Assembly: GCA_965178125.1 (NCBI GenBank)
Contig: OZ237766.1
Location: forward strand, 496,001-560,000
DNA: 64,000 nt
Reading direction: 5' to 3'
Source: Bilabrum cf. latius
Taxonomy: Eukaryota
The position numbers were made by a program, and so were the translations under genes. Below the pieces are notes generated by a model. That model was not told the DNA's origin and made no database searches. It worked only from the letters and a program-made list of their open reading frames with translations. This document shows, piece after piece, positions 27,301 to 37,712 of this stretch (position 1 is the first letter of the stretch; the number at the start of each line of letters is the position of its first letter).

Positions 27301-27543
27301 AGAGCGTACCACTTGAATGCGTATAATTAGATGGCGCATGTTGCTTCACATGTGTGCATCCATTTGGCGCCAGTGGAGTGACGGGAGGCGAGGCAAGCGG
27401 CGCATGCTTCCGCTCGACAGACAGCTCGCCGAATATGGTTTCTTATTGCACTAGCGATGGTGTTCAGCACCTCTATTACAAAGTAGTATATAAGGTATAT
27501 GACTGCGTATTGCTGCCCCCCACCTCACTGAAAGTCTCCGCCC

Positions 27544-30500
27544 ATGACGCGTCTGATGACCGCAGCTAATCCAGGAGGCGCGAACTCGCAATCAGTGGCA
27601 AGCCACAGATTGAGTGACGATGCTGTCCTACCGTTGCCTCCATAGAGCCTCAGCGGAGAAAATTTTCAACAACCACGCGGTGCTGCCCCGGAAAATGCAA
27701 ATGCCGCTGGCACTGTTCTGTCGACAACGAGGGACGAGCCCTTGGGGAGCCCCGGACAGAAAACGGCATCACTGAGCGAGGTGAGGCCAGTGCAACGGCC
27801 CGCTCTGACGTTCACATAGTTTCTTACCATGTTTAATGTATGCCTCCTAAGTTTGATGACCTTCATCCGCGCAGAAATAGCAGAAATTGCGCCAGCTGGT
27901 GCGCGAGCTGCACGAGCTCCGAGACCAGCCCCTCGTTCTAGCCGAGCTGGCCCCTTTCGCGCCCCCCGGGGCAACGCTTGAGGACATCACTGGGGTAGAC
28001 AACAAAATCGCGCGAGGGTCCGCTCAAGGAGGCGGTAAACCCTCCGATCGATCGCCCGCCGCGATGCACGGCCGGGGCCGGTCGCAGTCGTGGTCGCAAG
28101 CGGAATCTGTCGGCGCCCACGGTACAGCGCCTCCGGCCCAGCGGGCGAGATCAAAGGAAAAGACAGCCGATCTTGTCCACCGATGGCTGGAGTCTCGCTC
28201 TGGTACCGGCACCAGTTCCGACTCGAGATCATGGTCGGGATTTCTGGACAAGGCGAGCCTGCGAGGCTCGGTGGAGGCAAGGTCCCGATGCAGTCTCGAG
28301 CGGCGGCGAGGGACCCGGGTCCGAGGCAGCCGCAAACAAAGGGATTCCAGGGGAGCTCATAGCAGACTGGGTAGACGCACAGCTCATCAAAAGCAGCCAT
28401 CACAAGGAACAGGGGGTGTGCGGAAGGACACGCACAAGGGGCATCGCCGGAGCATTGGGGCCACTGACAGCAGCGCCAGCGCAGCAGAACGGGCGTCCAG
28501 CGGATCAAGGTGGTCCATAAAGGCGGCCGAATAGTCCGAATCGCTTGATTCATCCTTCACCAAAGGCATCGGGTTAAGGGTCGCTGGCCCTCAAGAGCAT
28601 CGGGGTGGCTCTCGCAGTGCAGAATCGCGTTCAAGCGCGACCGTGACAGTGACAACGTCCTCGGCTGCAACACCCACCGACATGACCAGCTCATTCTCCC
28701 GGCGCCGCCGCGGTTCCTCCTTGCCCCAGACCTATCGACCGCCCAGTTAGCACTTCGATGGGTAGGGAAGCGGTGACCTCACCCTCTGCCAGCAAAGAAA
28801 CGCCCGAGTAGTAGCGGAGGAAGAGGCAACTCGCCTGCAGCAGTGCATGCACACGGACCAGTTCCCAGCTCCTGCTGATGATGGTGATGGTGCCGGCGCA
28901 ATGTGTACAGAATGCATCGCTTAGGGGCATGGCGCGGCCTCCTTACGTGTCGACGCACCGCAAATGAGATACTCCGACGATGCCAGTGATGGGCTGCTAT
29001 CACCCAAGGCGCCCGGGCTGACCGACGAGGCTAGCGAGGCAGTTGGCCGTAAATTGAGAAGTCCACGTCTAAAACAGCGCAGCGAATATGCCGTTGAGCA
29101 GAGCGAGGAAGTAAGGGGTCGTGCTGGTGCTACTGTTGGCGATGGGTCTCAGGCAGCCAGTCACTGCGGCGCGGCTAGCTACTGCAGCAGCGGTATTGGC
29201 AGCGCAGATGAACGCATGATAGATCCTGAGGAGCTCGAGTAGCAGCGAAAGTTCCTAGCTGCATTGGCGAAGTTCCGCGTGGCAAAAGTTCCTGCAGCTG
29301 CTCATATGGGCGACGGCGATGGCAGTCCGAAAGTTGACGATGCACCAGGTGCCGGCTCCGCTCCAGCATCTAATACCAATGCACAGTACCAAGCGAGTCC
29401 CGTCAGTGTTGAAGCTAGTCGCAGTAGTGGTGATTCGAGGATGCTACCTACCGCCACCGATGCGGCGCGCAACAACCACGTCCATGCCACAGGTGTTGGG
29501 AACGAATTGGAGCAGCCGCGATAGACTAGTCATGGAAGCGCTAGATCTGCCTTGTCCTCCCTCCTGCAGCCTGGATCAGGCACGTCCCAAGCCTTTAACG
29601 GAGTCAGGACTGAATAGGACACTACTGCCCGAGCTGTACCGCAGCTACCTGCAGCATCCACAATGAAGAGCACCCAGGTTGTCCCAGTTGCTGCCAGGAA
29701 GTTCATGTCCCACAGCGAAATCGTGCCTTCGGACTAGCTGGCCGCAGCCCAAGCTCAGCAGAAGGCGTGGCTTCAGTCACGGGGCGGCTCTGACCGATCA
29801 TTGGGGCGTAGGGGAACCAACGGTGGTCATAGTCGACATCACAAGGCAGAGGGCGATTACGCTGCGCTAGGTAAAGGGGGCAGCGCTCAGTACGCGAAGC
29901 GATCAAGGCGAAGAACAAGCTCTGCCTGGGGATCCAGAGAGGAGGACGCATTGGATGGATACGCAAGAGATGCAGCATGGGATGAAGATGAAGCACGTGC
30001 AGCATGGGATGAAGATGAAGCACGTGCAGCAGGGGATGAAGATGAAGCACGTGCAGCAGGGGATGAAGATGAAGCACGTGCAGCAGGGGATGAAGATGAA
30101 GCACGTGCAGCAGGGGATGAAGATGAAGCACGTGCAGCACGGGATGGTACCAGCCCCGTTGCAGCCATAGCGATCGCGCAATTACATTCAAGGCGCGGCT
30201 CTGCAGCCGAGGAGAGCCTACCACAGGCACACGGAGACGTGGACAAAAGCAATCGATGGGCCCATTCGGAAGCAGGGTAGGTGCTCCAAGCCCAACGAAA
30301 GGCTGCACCCCCAACTCTCAAAGCCAAGGGTAGCATGCGTCTCATGCAGCGCTACTCCGAGCGCTTCCAGTCCCGGGCGTCTAGTGCAGGCCAGACCGAC
30401 ACGATTAGTCCCACCAATGCGAGCACCCCCAACCGGCGGAGAAGGAGCTCAATGGGAGACATATCTGGCATGTTCTTGCACATGGACAGAGAGGCGTCGT

Positions 30501-31189
30501 ATCAGACCCCTGGGACCAATCCACCGGTGGAGCGACCCGCCGATGGCGTGCTGCCGCACGTCGGGAGGGATCGTTCGATCAGGCTAGGATCCTCCAGCGC
30601 TAGTGGGAGCGGGGGGCCTAGCGCGCAAGCAGGTGGGTCGGGTGCACGAACGGCTTTATCTGGTACAAACAAGGATGGCCACACACCAGCTGGTGCTCGG
30701 GGCGACGAAGCTGCCGGCGCTCGTCATGATGCAACTGCCGAGGTGGAACAAGCGGGAAGCCAAGCCAACCGGATCGTCTTGCAGAACGAGTACGGCGTGA
30801 TCAGGGGATTCTCCGAGTGTTCGCTGAGCGATCAGCTTGCTCGGAGCAGCGCGTCAGGGGCTTCCGGTTCCATCGCTTAGCGCGAGGGCAAGTCCTCTCC
30901 TGGGAAGAAGGGCAAGGGGAAGGGCAAATCAACAAAGGGCAAAGGTAGCAGGCGCGGTAATGCGGCCAGCCCTGGGACGAGCGGGAGTGGTGGTACTGGA
31001 TCCACGACAAGGGAAGCCAGGGCAATGAGCCTGGGCGATGTGCCAAGCTTGGAGATCAGGGTGGCGACGCTCAAGGAGTACAAGAGGAGGGCAGCGATGA
31101 GCGGGTAGTATCCGCATGAGGATGGTGGTGATGACCAGGGTGGGGTCGGAGGATCATCGAGCAGCTCCAGCTGGGATGTGCAGTCTTGA
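27544..31189 (+). CDS. Hypothetical low-complexity/disordered protein, paralog B (~1,180 aa; start uncertain)
   Basis: Intron 27781-27874 (gtgagg...gcgcag). ORFs 27887, 28964, 29264, 29801 and 30281 share one frame, broken only by TAG, ending at TGA 31187-31189. Conserved blocks are colinear with 12831-16202. Confidence 0.8.
29965..30145 (+). repeat. 27-bp coding tandem repeat (DEDEARAAG/W), ~6 copies
   Basis: gatgaagatgaagcacgtgcagcaggg is repeated in frame within paralog B and is absent from paralog A. Confidence 0.95.
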
Positions 31190-31307
31190 ATTGACAATTG
31201 ATCATTGTGCATTGCACTGCAGTCACACCATGCCGATCCATCCGGATATGAATGCGCCCACCAGCACAAAGCATGCACAGGCGCGAATCTTCATGGGCGC
31301 GATCAAG

Positions 31308-32804
31308 TCATACGTCCGGCTTTTTGGCCACGAGTCGAACGACGGGGCACACCGCCGAGTCACCGGGGCCAGCAACGCAAGCACCACCGGCGGGAACATG
31401 AATGCCCCCCTCCCCTTGCTCTGCAGCTCGTCGCACGGGCCCTCCCCAGTACTCGAGCAGCTCCTCGTGCCCTTCCGCTGCATCCAGGGGCATCCACCGC
31501 ACCTCGGTGAAGCCCTCTTCCTCCAGTACCATCTCCATCATGATTGGAGGCAGCCAGTAGTTGGTGAAGGAGCCCATGGAAGCCCCGTGGGGTGCATCCA
31601 GGAGGGTCCATGTGATTTCATCACCGGGGCACAGCCGCCTGTAACCAGCGGAACGAGATCCTCCTGCCGCACCGGGTTCGCCCTCTTCAGTTTTACCCTC
31701 TGCGTGGGCTGTTGCACCGTTGCCTTCACCATCGCTACCGACTGACAGGTACCCTTCGCCCCCGCTGGATCCAGCAGCAGCAACATCGGCGGCAGCATCG
31801 GCGGCATCAATTGAAACGAAGCTCTCGGCTGCAGCACAAGCATCGGCAGTAGTCCTACTCTCAGCAATGCGGCCTAGCACTTGCTTCCGAATGCACTGGC
31901 TGGAGAGGTCACGGAACATGGATGGGACATCATCAAATGGGTTGTTGTTCAAAGCGAGCAAGTGCCCGCCCGGCCTGAGGGCAGCGAACACGCCCCTCAC
32001 CATGCGGCGAAGTGCAGCCTCATCAGAGGCATAGTTGAACAGGAACGTGGCGGTGACCAGGTCGAAACGCCCCCGAGACATAACCGTCTTTGCGATCTTG
32101 CTGGACTCGTCTGCCAGATCGGCGGCGTCCCCGCAAGCGTATTCGACCGCAGTGGACGTCTTGCTCTCCTTGGCTGGTAGGTCGCAACTCTTGGTCGCAG
32201 GATTGCCGGCATGCGACAGCGCCTCCTTGACCATCTCAGGCGAGATGTCCACGCCAATGGCCCGAGTAGCTCCCATCTCAGCCAAAAGCCTAGTGTACAC
32301 GCCAGACCCGCACGCGACGTCCAGAGCTTCAAAGGATCCGTCCACACTTGCGCCGGCCAGCTCTCGAATGCTCGCCCGCATCGAGTGCCGCTCACCGTGC
32401 ACCCTCCAGGGGTGCTCCTTGCTCTCTGCGTATGCAGAGGCAATCTCGTCGTACTGATCTTTCGCAATTCCAGCGCATTCCTCGTGCTTCGAGTGGCCTT
32501 GGCCGGGGCCAGCGGGGCCACTGGTGTGGATAGGTGTGGGTTGGGCATCGGAAAGCGCTGCCTCCTTGCTACAGCTCCCGGCGCTCGCGCTTTTGCTCGG
32601 GCCAATGGCACCAGTATCGATCACCTGCAGTAACGTTTGATGGAATGCAGCGATCGAGGCGCTCCTGATGTTCCGTGGGGCTAGCAATTCTGCATCGAAG
32701 TATGGCTAATGCAGGCGTCTCGTGGCGGCCCTGCCGAACCGAATTCAAGGGTTGGCAAAGGCTCTCACAATCGATTCAACATCGCTCATCGGAAAATATT
32801 CCAT
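31308..32804 (-). CDS. Class I SAM-dependent methyltransferase (ToxA-like); 5' exon tentative
   Basis: Motifs QYDEIASAY, LDVACGSGVYTRLL, GVDISPEMV, GDAADL, FDLVTATFLFNYA, LRPGG and FTNYWL; ends at TGA 31308-31310. Possible first exon 32804-32769 (MEYFPMSDVESI) with intron 32768-32625. Confidence 0.85.
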
Positions 32805-33193
32805 GGTGATCTGCGCAATGAATGGAATGGGGCGAGAGAGTAGCCTGATCACGTTGGCCTGCGCTAGCTCTACTAGCCTTCTGGGGGGCCTGGAATGGCT
32901 CAGAGGCTCGCGTTGGCCCAAGACATGGCACCGGCGATTCCAAGTATTTTATGTTTCAACTTTTCTTCCTTTGCCTTGTCTCACCGTTAGTATTTCGCTT
33001 CGATTTGTGTGCGCCAGTCCAGCGATGCCTGTCTCGGTACGGCACTGGCAGGATCGCGCGCAGGGCCGGCGGTCGCAAGCAGCTAGGCCTACTTGGGAGG
33101 GCGGGTTAGCTGTGCTGCTCCAATTCCGACGAGCCGAGACGAGCACGACTACGGACTAACTAAGCCAATACAGTAGTCCACCGGCCATTCACT

Positions 33194-34171
33194 TTACATA
33201 AATAGCCTGAGGGTGCCAAAGCTGGCGTATGCCCCCGTTGCTGTAAAGAGCAAGGGCTGGTTGCCGTGCCACATTTCCATGGCCCGAAGGACTCCCGCGT
33301 AGCCCGCAAACACTGTGCTTATAGGCACTGCTCGCCAGCGGAACGGGGACTGCCACCAAAGTAGAGTACCACGCTACGATTTCGCCGCCAAAGTCCGGTC
33401 TGCCACAACGAGCATTGTCGAGGTCGCCGCTGCAATGGCAGCTGAGGCGAACGCAACCTTTGCTGAGTACGTCGTTGGCAGTCCGTGCGATACCTCATCG
33501 ACGGTAGGTATCCATTGGTTCTGTCTAACCTGTTCAGCGACGTGCTCTTGCCGTCTCTGCGGGAGGGGTACCAGGTGAAGTGCCACTTCTGCAGTTGCCA
33601 TTGCGGCAAGGGTTGCCGTAAACACGCAATGTGGGGCACTAAATACCACGGCCCATGCGACTCGCGAAAGACGTACAATCCAACTGGATGGAGACGTTGC
33701 ACCAATCCATCGCTAAATAATGTGTGCAGCGCTGTCCTTGCCGACTGCAGACAGTCGAAACGTCACTGAGCCAGCTCCGGCACCCAACGCGAAAAGTTGC
33801 AAGCTGTTCCCAATCGGAGCCTTGCCGTAGTACATTTGCGGTTTAATTCTGGCTGGCGCTTGCGATCCCGGGTGCGCGATCGAGAAGCTCTGACTGCTGG
33901 GCCAACCAATGTTCACAGCATAGGCACCTGCCAACCCCGCAACTGATACCATCCCAACATATGCCGCCACAGAACTCGCAACAGACTTCCAAAGGCCAGG
34001 TGACACTGTATGGGTTCGATTCGCCCCGGGATTTGAACGGTTGGAGGATCCACTGCTGTGCTTGCTGCGCCTTCCCCAAACTAGCATCTGATAGCTTCTC
34101 TGCAGGACGTGTTCCCTGCGTACAGCGCCGAATGGGCGCACTATACGTACAAGTGTAGCGGGGCGCGCCAT
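33194..34171 (-). CDS. Hypothetical multi-pass membrane protein with mitochondrial-presequence-like N-terminus (325 aa with TAG as sense)
   Basis: Starts at ATG 34171 (MARPATLVRIVRPFGAVRR). ORFs 33713 and 33374 share one frame, joined across two TAGs, ending at TAA 33194-33196. It has hydrophobic segments and shares motifs with the adjacent gene. Confidence 0.65.
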
Positions 34172-34352
34172 GGTCAGGCGGGTCGACCTTAAACTACGAG
34201 TATTCCCCCTGATCATCAATGATTGTTCGCCTGGCTTGCGACGAAGATTCTGTGGCCTTCGCGTGCGGCGGTGGGCTGCGGACCACAACAAACGGTCGGG
34301 CGGGAACTCTCCTCGGACAAAGGTATCATAAGATAGGAATTCAATCAAACGG

Positions 34353-35441
34353 TCAGCCGATCGGCTCTTCGGGCTCATGGTGACCCGCCCCGTGCTCCCT
34401 CTAGTACGCCGCCCTGGCGCTGTGCCACCACGCCTCCTCCCCCTCGAGCACATGACCAGCCTCGATCCAGCCGCAAGCACAACCAGCAACAGCGTACGCA
34501 ATCACCCCGGGCAGGCCTAGCGGCCGAGGCCAGCTCAGCCCGTACCGTGGGAGTAAAGCCCCTAGCTTCCGGTCAAATACCGCCCAAGACACGGCGCAGG
34601 CGGCGGCACCGGCGCCGCACATTCCACCAATGATAAATCGGTACTGTTCCCTAGCAGTGCGCTCCAGGGGGCCAGGGGAGTCGCTGCCGTGTTCCGGTTT
34701 GGAAGCGGCAGGTCGGTGCTCGCCCACCCCTGCAGCAGTGCCGGCATCCCTCCACTGCCGTGTCGGAGAGTGCATGCTCGCTTCGTGTCCAGCCGGATTA
34801 CTTGGCAAATTATTAAGTGAGCTATGCATGCTAGCGACGGGTGGGCGAGGAGCAAGCCGAGGTGCAATGGTGGCCATGGCAGCGTACAGCGGAAGCGTCG
34901 CCATGATCAGCGGCGGGAGGCCTCCGAACATCCAGGCGAACCTCGCAAAGGAGCGAGCGAGCTGCTTGGTACGCAATTCGGCTTTCATTCCAACTGCTGC
35001 GATGGATATTGCTTCCAGCTCTATCATTGTGCTTGAGTAGAGCCGTAAGCCAATCGGAGCTGCTATGTATCCTTTCAGCGCCATGGTTGCAGCTGCCGTC
35101 GCTGGCAAAGCCGCAACACCCTGCACGTCATTATTGGATGATAATGGTTGATCGCTTGAGAGGGATGCGTCTTCATTGTTCACACTGGGCCAGTTGATCC
35201 CGTCCATCCAAGCAATTCCTGCTGTCGCCGCCAATCCAGAGCTAGCGCCAATCGCAAGAATTATTCGATACCATACGGATTTATCACCATACTCTGCAGA
35301 TATATTGTTTGAAGCGCGCGGCTGCGAAGCTTGCGAGCATAATTGACGTCTTGGTGAGCATCGCATCAACTGCAACTGCCTCGCACGCATTGCCACAGCC
35401 CAGAAACCAGGTCTACCAGCACAAGCACGGTGAAACTGCAT
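34353..35441 (-). CDS. Hypothetical multi-pass membrane protein with Arg-rich N-terminus, tandem paralog of 33194-34171
   Basis: ORF 34401-35501 extends through TAG 34401-34403 to TGA 34353-34355. The first in-frame ATGs are at 35441 and 35390. It has about four hydrophobic segments. Confidence 0.7.
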
Positions 35442-35689
35442 GGTTCTCTGGTATGCAACAGCACTTAAGCAACGAATAGCTCTTGTAACCGTACTTTTCA
35501 ATCATTCTCAACCCTTGGAACAGGTGCATTCCATGGCCACGCAAGTACAGGTGTCCAGCGGCTTCAAAAGTCCATCATGGGGTAATATTCACCCTTATAA
35601 TAATCCTCGACTTCTGATGCGCGGCATTTTATTGCGGGTTTGGATGACTGTGTAACATTCTGATGTACCGGAACAACCGCGCCCAGGAT

Positions 35690-37515
35690 TCACTGCTGCA
35701 TCTTCTTCACCCAGGCATCGTTCTCGAAATCCCCGCCGGTCCACGACTTCTGGAAGTACTCAGAGCTGTCGAACGTATCCTTCTCCCGGATGCGCTGCAC
35801 CATCTGGGGCTGGTAGTGCCGGATGAGACCCTGCACGGGCCACGCCGCGGCATCCCCCAGCGCGCAGATGGTGTGGTTCTCGATCTGCCTCGAGATCTCC
35901 TCCAGCATGGGTATCTCCTCCTCGTCAGCATCCCCCTTCTCGATCCTCTTGAGGATGTCCTCCATCCAGGGGGTGCCCTCCCTGCAGGGAGTGCACTGCC
36001 CGCAGCTCTCGTGCGCGTAGAAGTGCGCCAGGCGTCGGATGGCCGCGATCATGTCCACGGACTTGTCGAACACAGTCACTGCCGCAGTCCCCAGCACCGA
36101 CCCCTTGGCCATCAGATCGTCGAAATCCATCATCACGTCGTCGCACACGCTCTTAGGAATCACGGGGGCAGAGGAACCCCCGGGGATGACGGCCTGCAGG
36201 TTGTCCCACCCGCCCCTCACCCCACCAGCGTGCTTCTCGATCAGCTCCCGCAGCGTGATTGACATCTCCTCCTCCACAGTGATGGGGTTGTTCACATGGC
36301 CAGAGATGGCGAACAGCTTGGTGCCCGTGTTGTTTTTCCGGCCCAGGCCTGCGAACCACTCGGGACCACGCCTCAGGATCGTGGGCGACACGGCCACAGT
36401 CTCCACGTTCGTCACGGTTGTGGGGCACCCGTACAGCCCGTTGTTGGCCGGAAACGGAGGCTTCATCCGCGGCTTTCCCTGCTTGCCCTCGAGGCTCTCG
36501 ATGAGCCCCGTCTCTTCGCCGCAGATGTAGGCACCCGCCCCCCTGTGCACGTACACGTCGAAATCGTACCCCGTCCCGCATGCGTTCTTGCCGAGGTAAC
36601 CGGCCTGGTAGGCCTCGTGGATGGCTTCTTCCAGCACCATGGCCTCGTTGAAAAACTCGCCGCGGATGTAGATGTACGCGGCCCTGGCTCGCATGGCAAA
36701 CCCGGAAACGAGGCACCCCTCGATCAGCAGGTGGGGGTCCTTGCGCATGATCTCGCGGTCCTTGCACGTGCCCGGCTCGCTCTCGTCGGCGTTGACAACT
36801 AGGAAACTTGGTCGGCCGTCGCTGGCCTTGGGCATGAAGGACCACTTGAGGCCCGAGGGGAACCCGGCCCCGCCCCGGCCTCGCAGCCCGGACGCCTTGA
36901 TGTCCGCCACGATGCCCTCGGGGCCCATCCACAACAGATCCTTGGTTCGGTGCCACGTGCCCTGCGAGTCCGGTACAAAGCATCATAAAATGGATAACTG
37001 ACGATACATTAAATCGAGAGCGCCAGGGTATGCATGGCGTCGAACATCGAGGCGTCTTGGGCGCCAGCGACAGTTGGCTCACTCGTTTCTCGGCGTCTTT
37101 CAGCCGCCAGTCATGCTCTCCGTAGAGATTCTAGAATATCCTATCTTCATCGGCAATGTTACCAAACGTTGTTCGCTGCGAGATTCTAGCAGGCGATCGA
37201 ATCGTTGAACCCAACGTCAGCTATATCGAGTAGCGCACCCGTGCATCAGTCAAGATATTTCCGGTGTCAGACCACCGAGAAAACTTACCTCCTACGCTGC
37301 TACAGCAGACACATGGATGGAGCGCGCAGCTTGGAACCCCTAGCGGGCCCCTGCGAGATTGGGAAAGTGAGCCACGCGAGCATAGGATTTCGGACCAGGA
37401 ATTAGTCAGATTCTCTGGACTCGTCCAAATGATCCTAGCGGAAATGAATACTTGTATATTCTTAGATCTTACATTGACGGCGTACTGCGCCCAAAGCTGG
37501 TCTGATGCGCTGCAT
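35690..37515 (-). CDS. NDUFV1: NADH:ubiquinone oxidoreductase 51-kDa flavoprotein subunit, mitochondrial precursor (489 aa, 4 exons, 3 in-frame TAG)
   Basis: Exons 37515-37473, 37350-37289, 37175-37083 and 36961-35690, with GT-AG introns of matching phase. Translation: [71 protein letters not shown]...[18 protein letters not shown]...[13 protein letters not shown]...[13 protein letters not shown]...[12 protein letters not shown]...TICALGD. Ends TGA. Confidence 0.98.
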
Positions 37516-37712
37516 TTTGCAGAGCAATGGATGCGATTCGGGGTCCAGATTCTGGTTTTATAACTTTGGTAAGGCGTACTTTACGATTTCGCGGCGCCCC
37601 GCGATGGTTCCGCGACAGATTCGAGACAGGTGCCCCATCCTCATACCTTTGGAGCTAGATTTTGCTATTCAAGCTCGCACCGGTTTTCATCTCACACTAG
37701 GGTATTGGGATC
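37516..37712. promoter_or_regulatory. Putative bidirectional promoter between NDUFV1 and the CLK kinase
   Basis: Divergent ATGs are only 197 bp apart. Inferred from position only. Confidence 0.55.
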
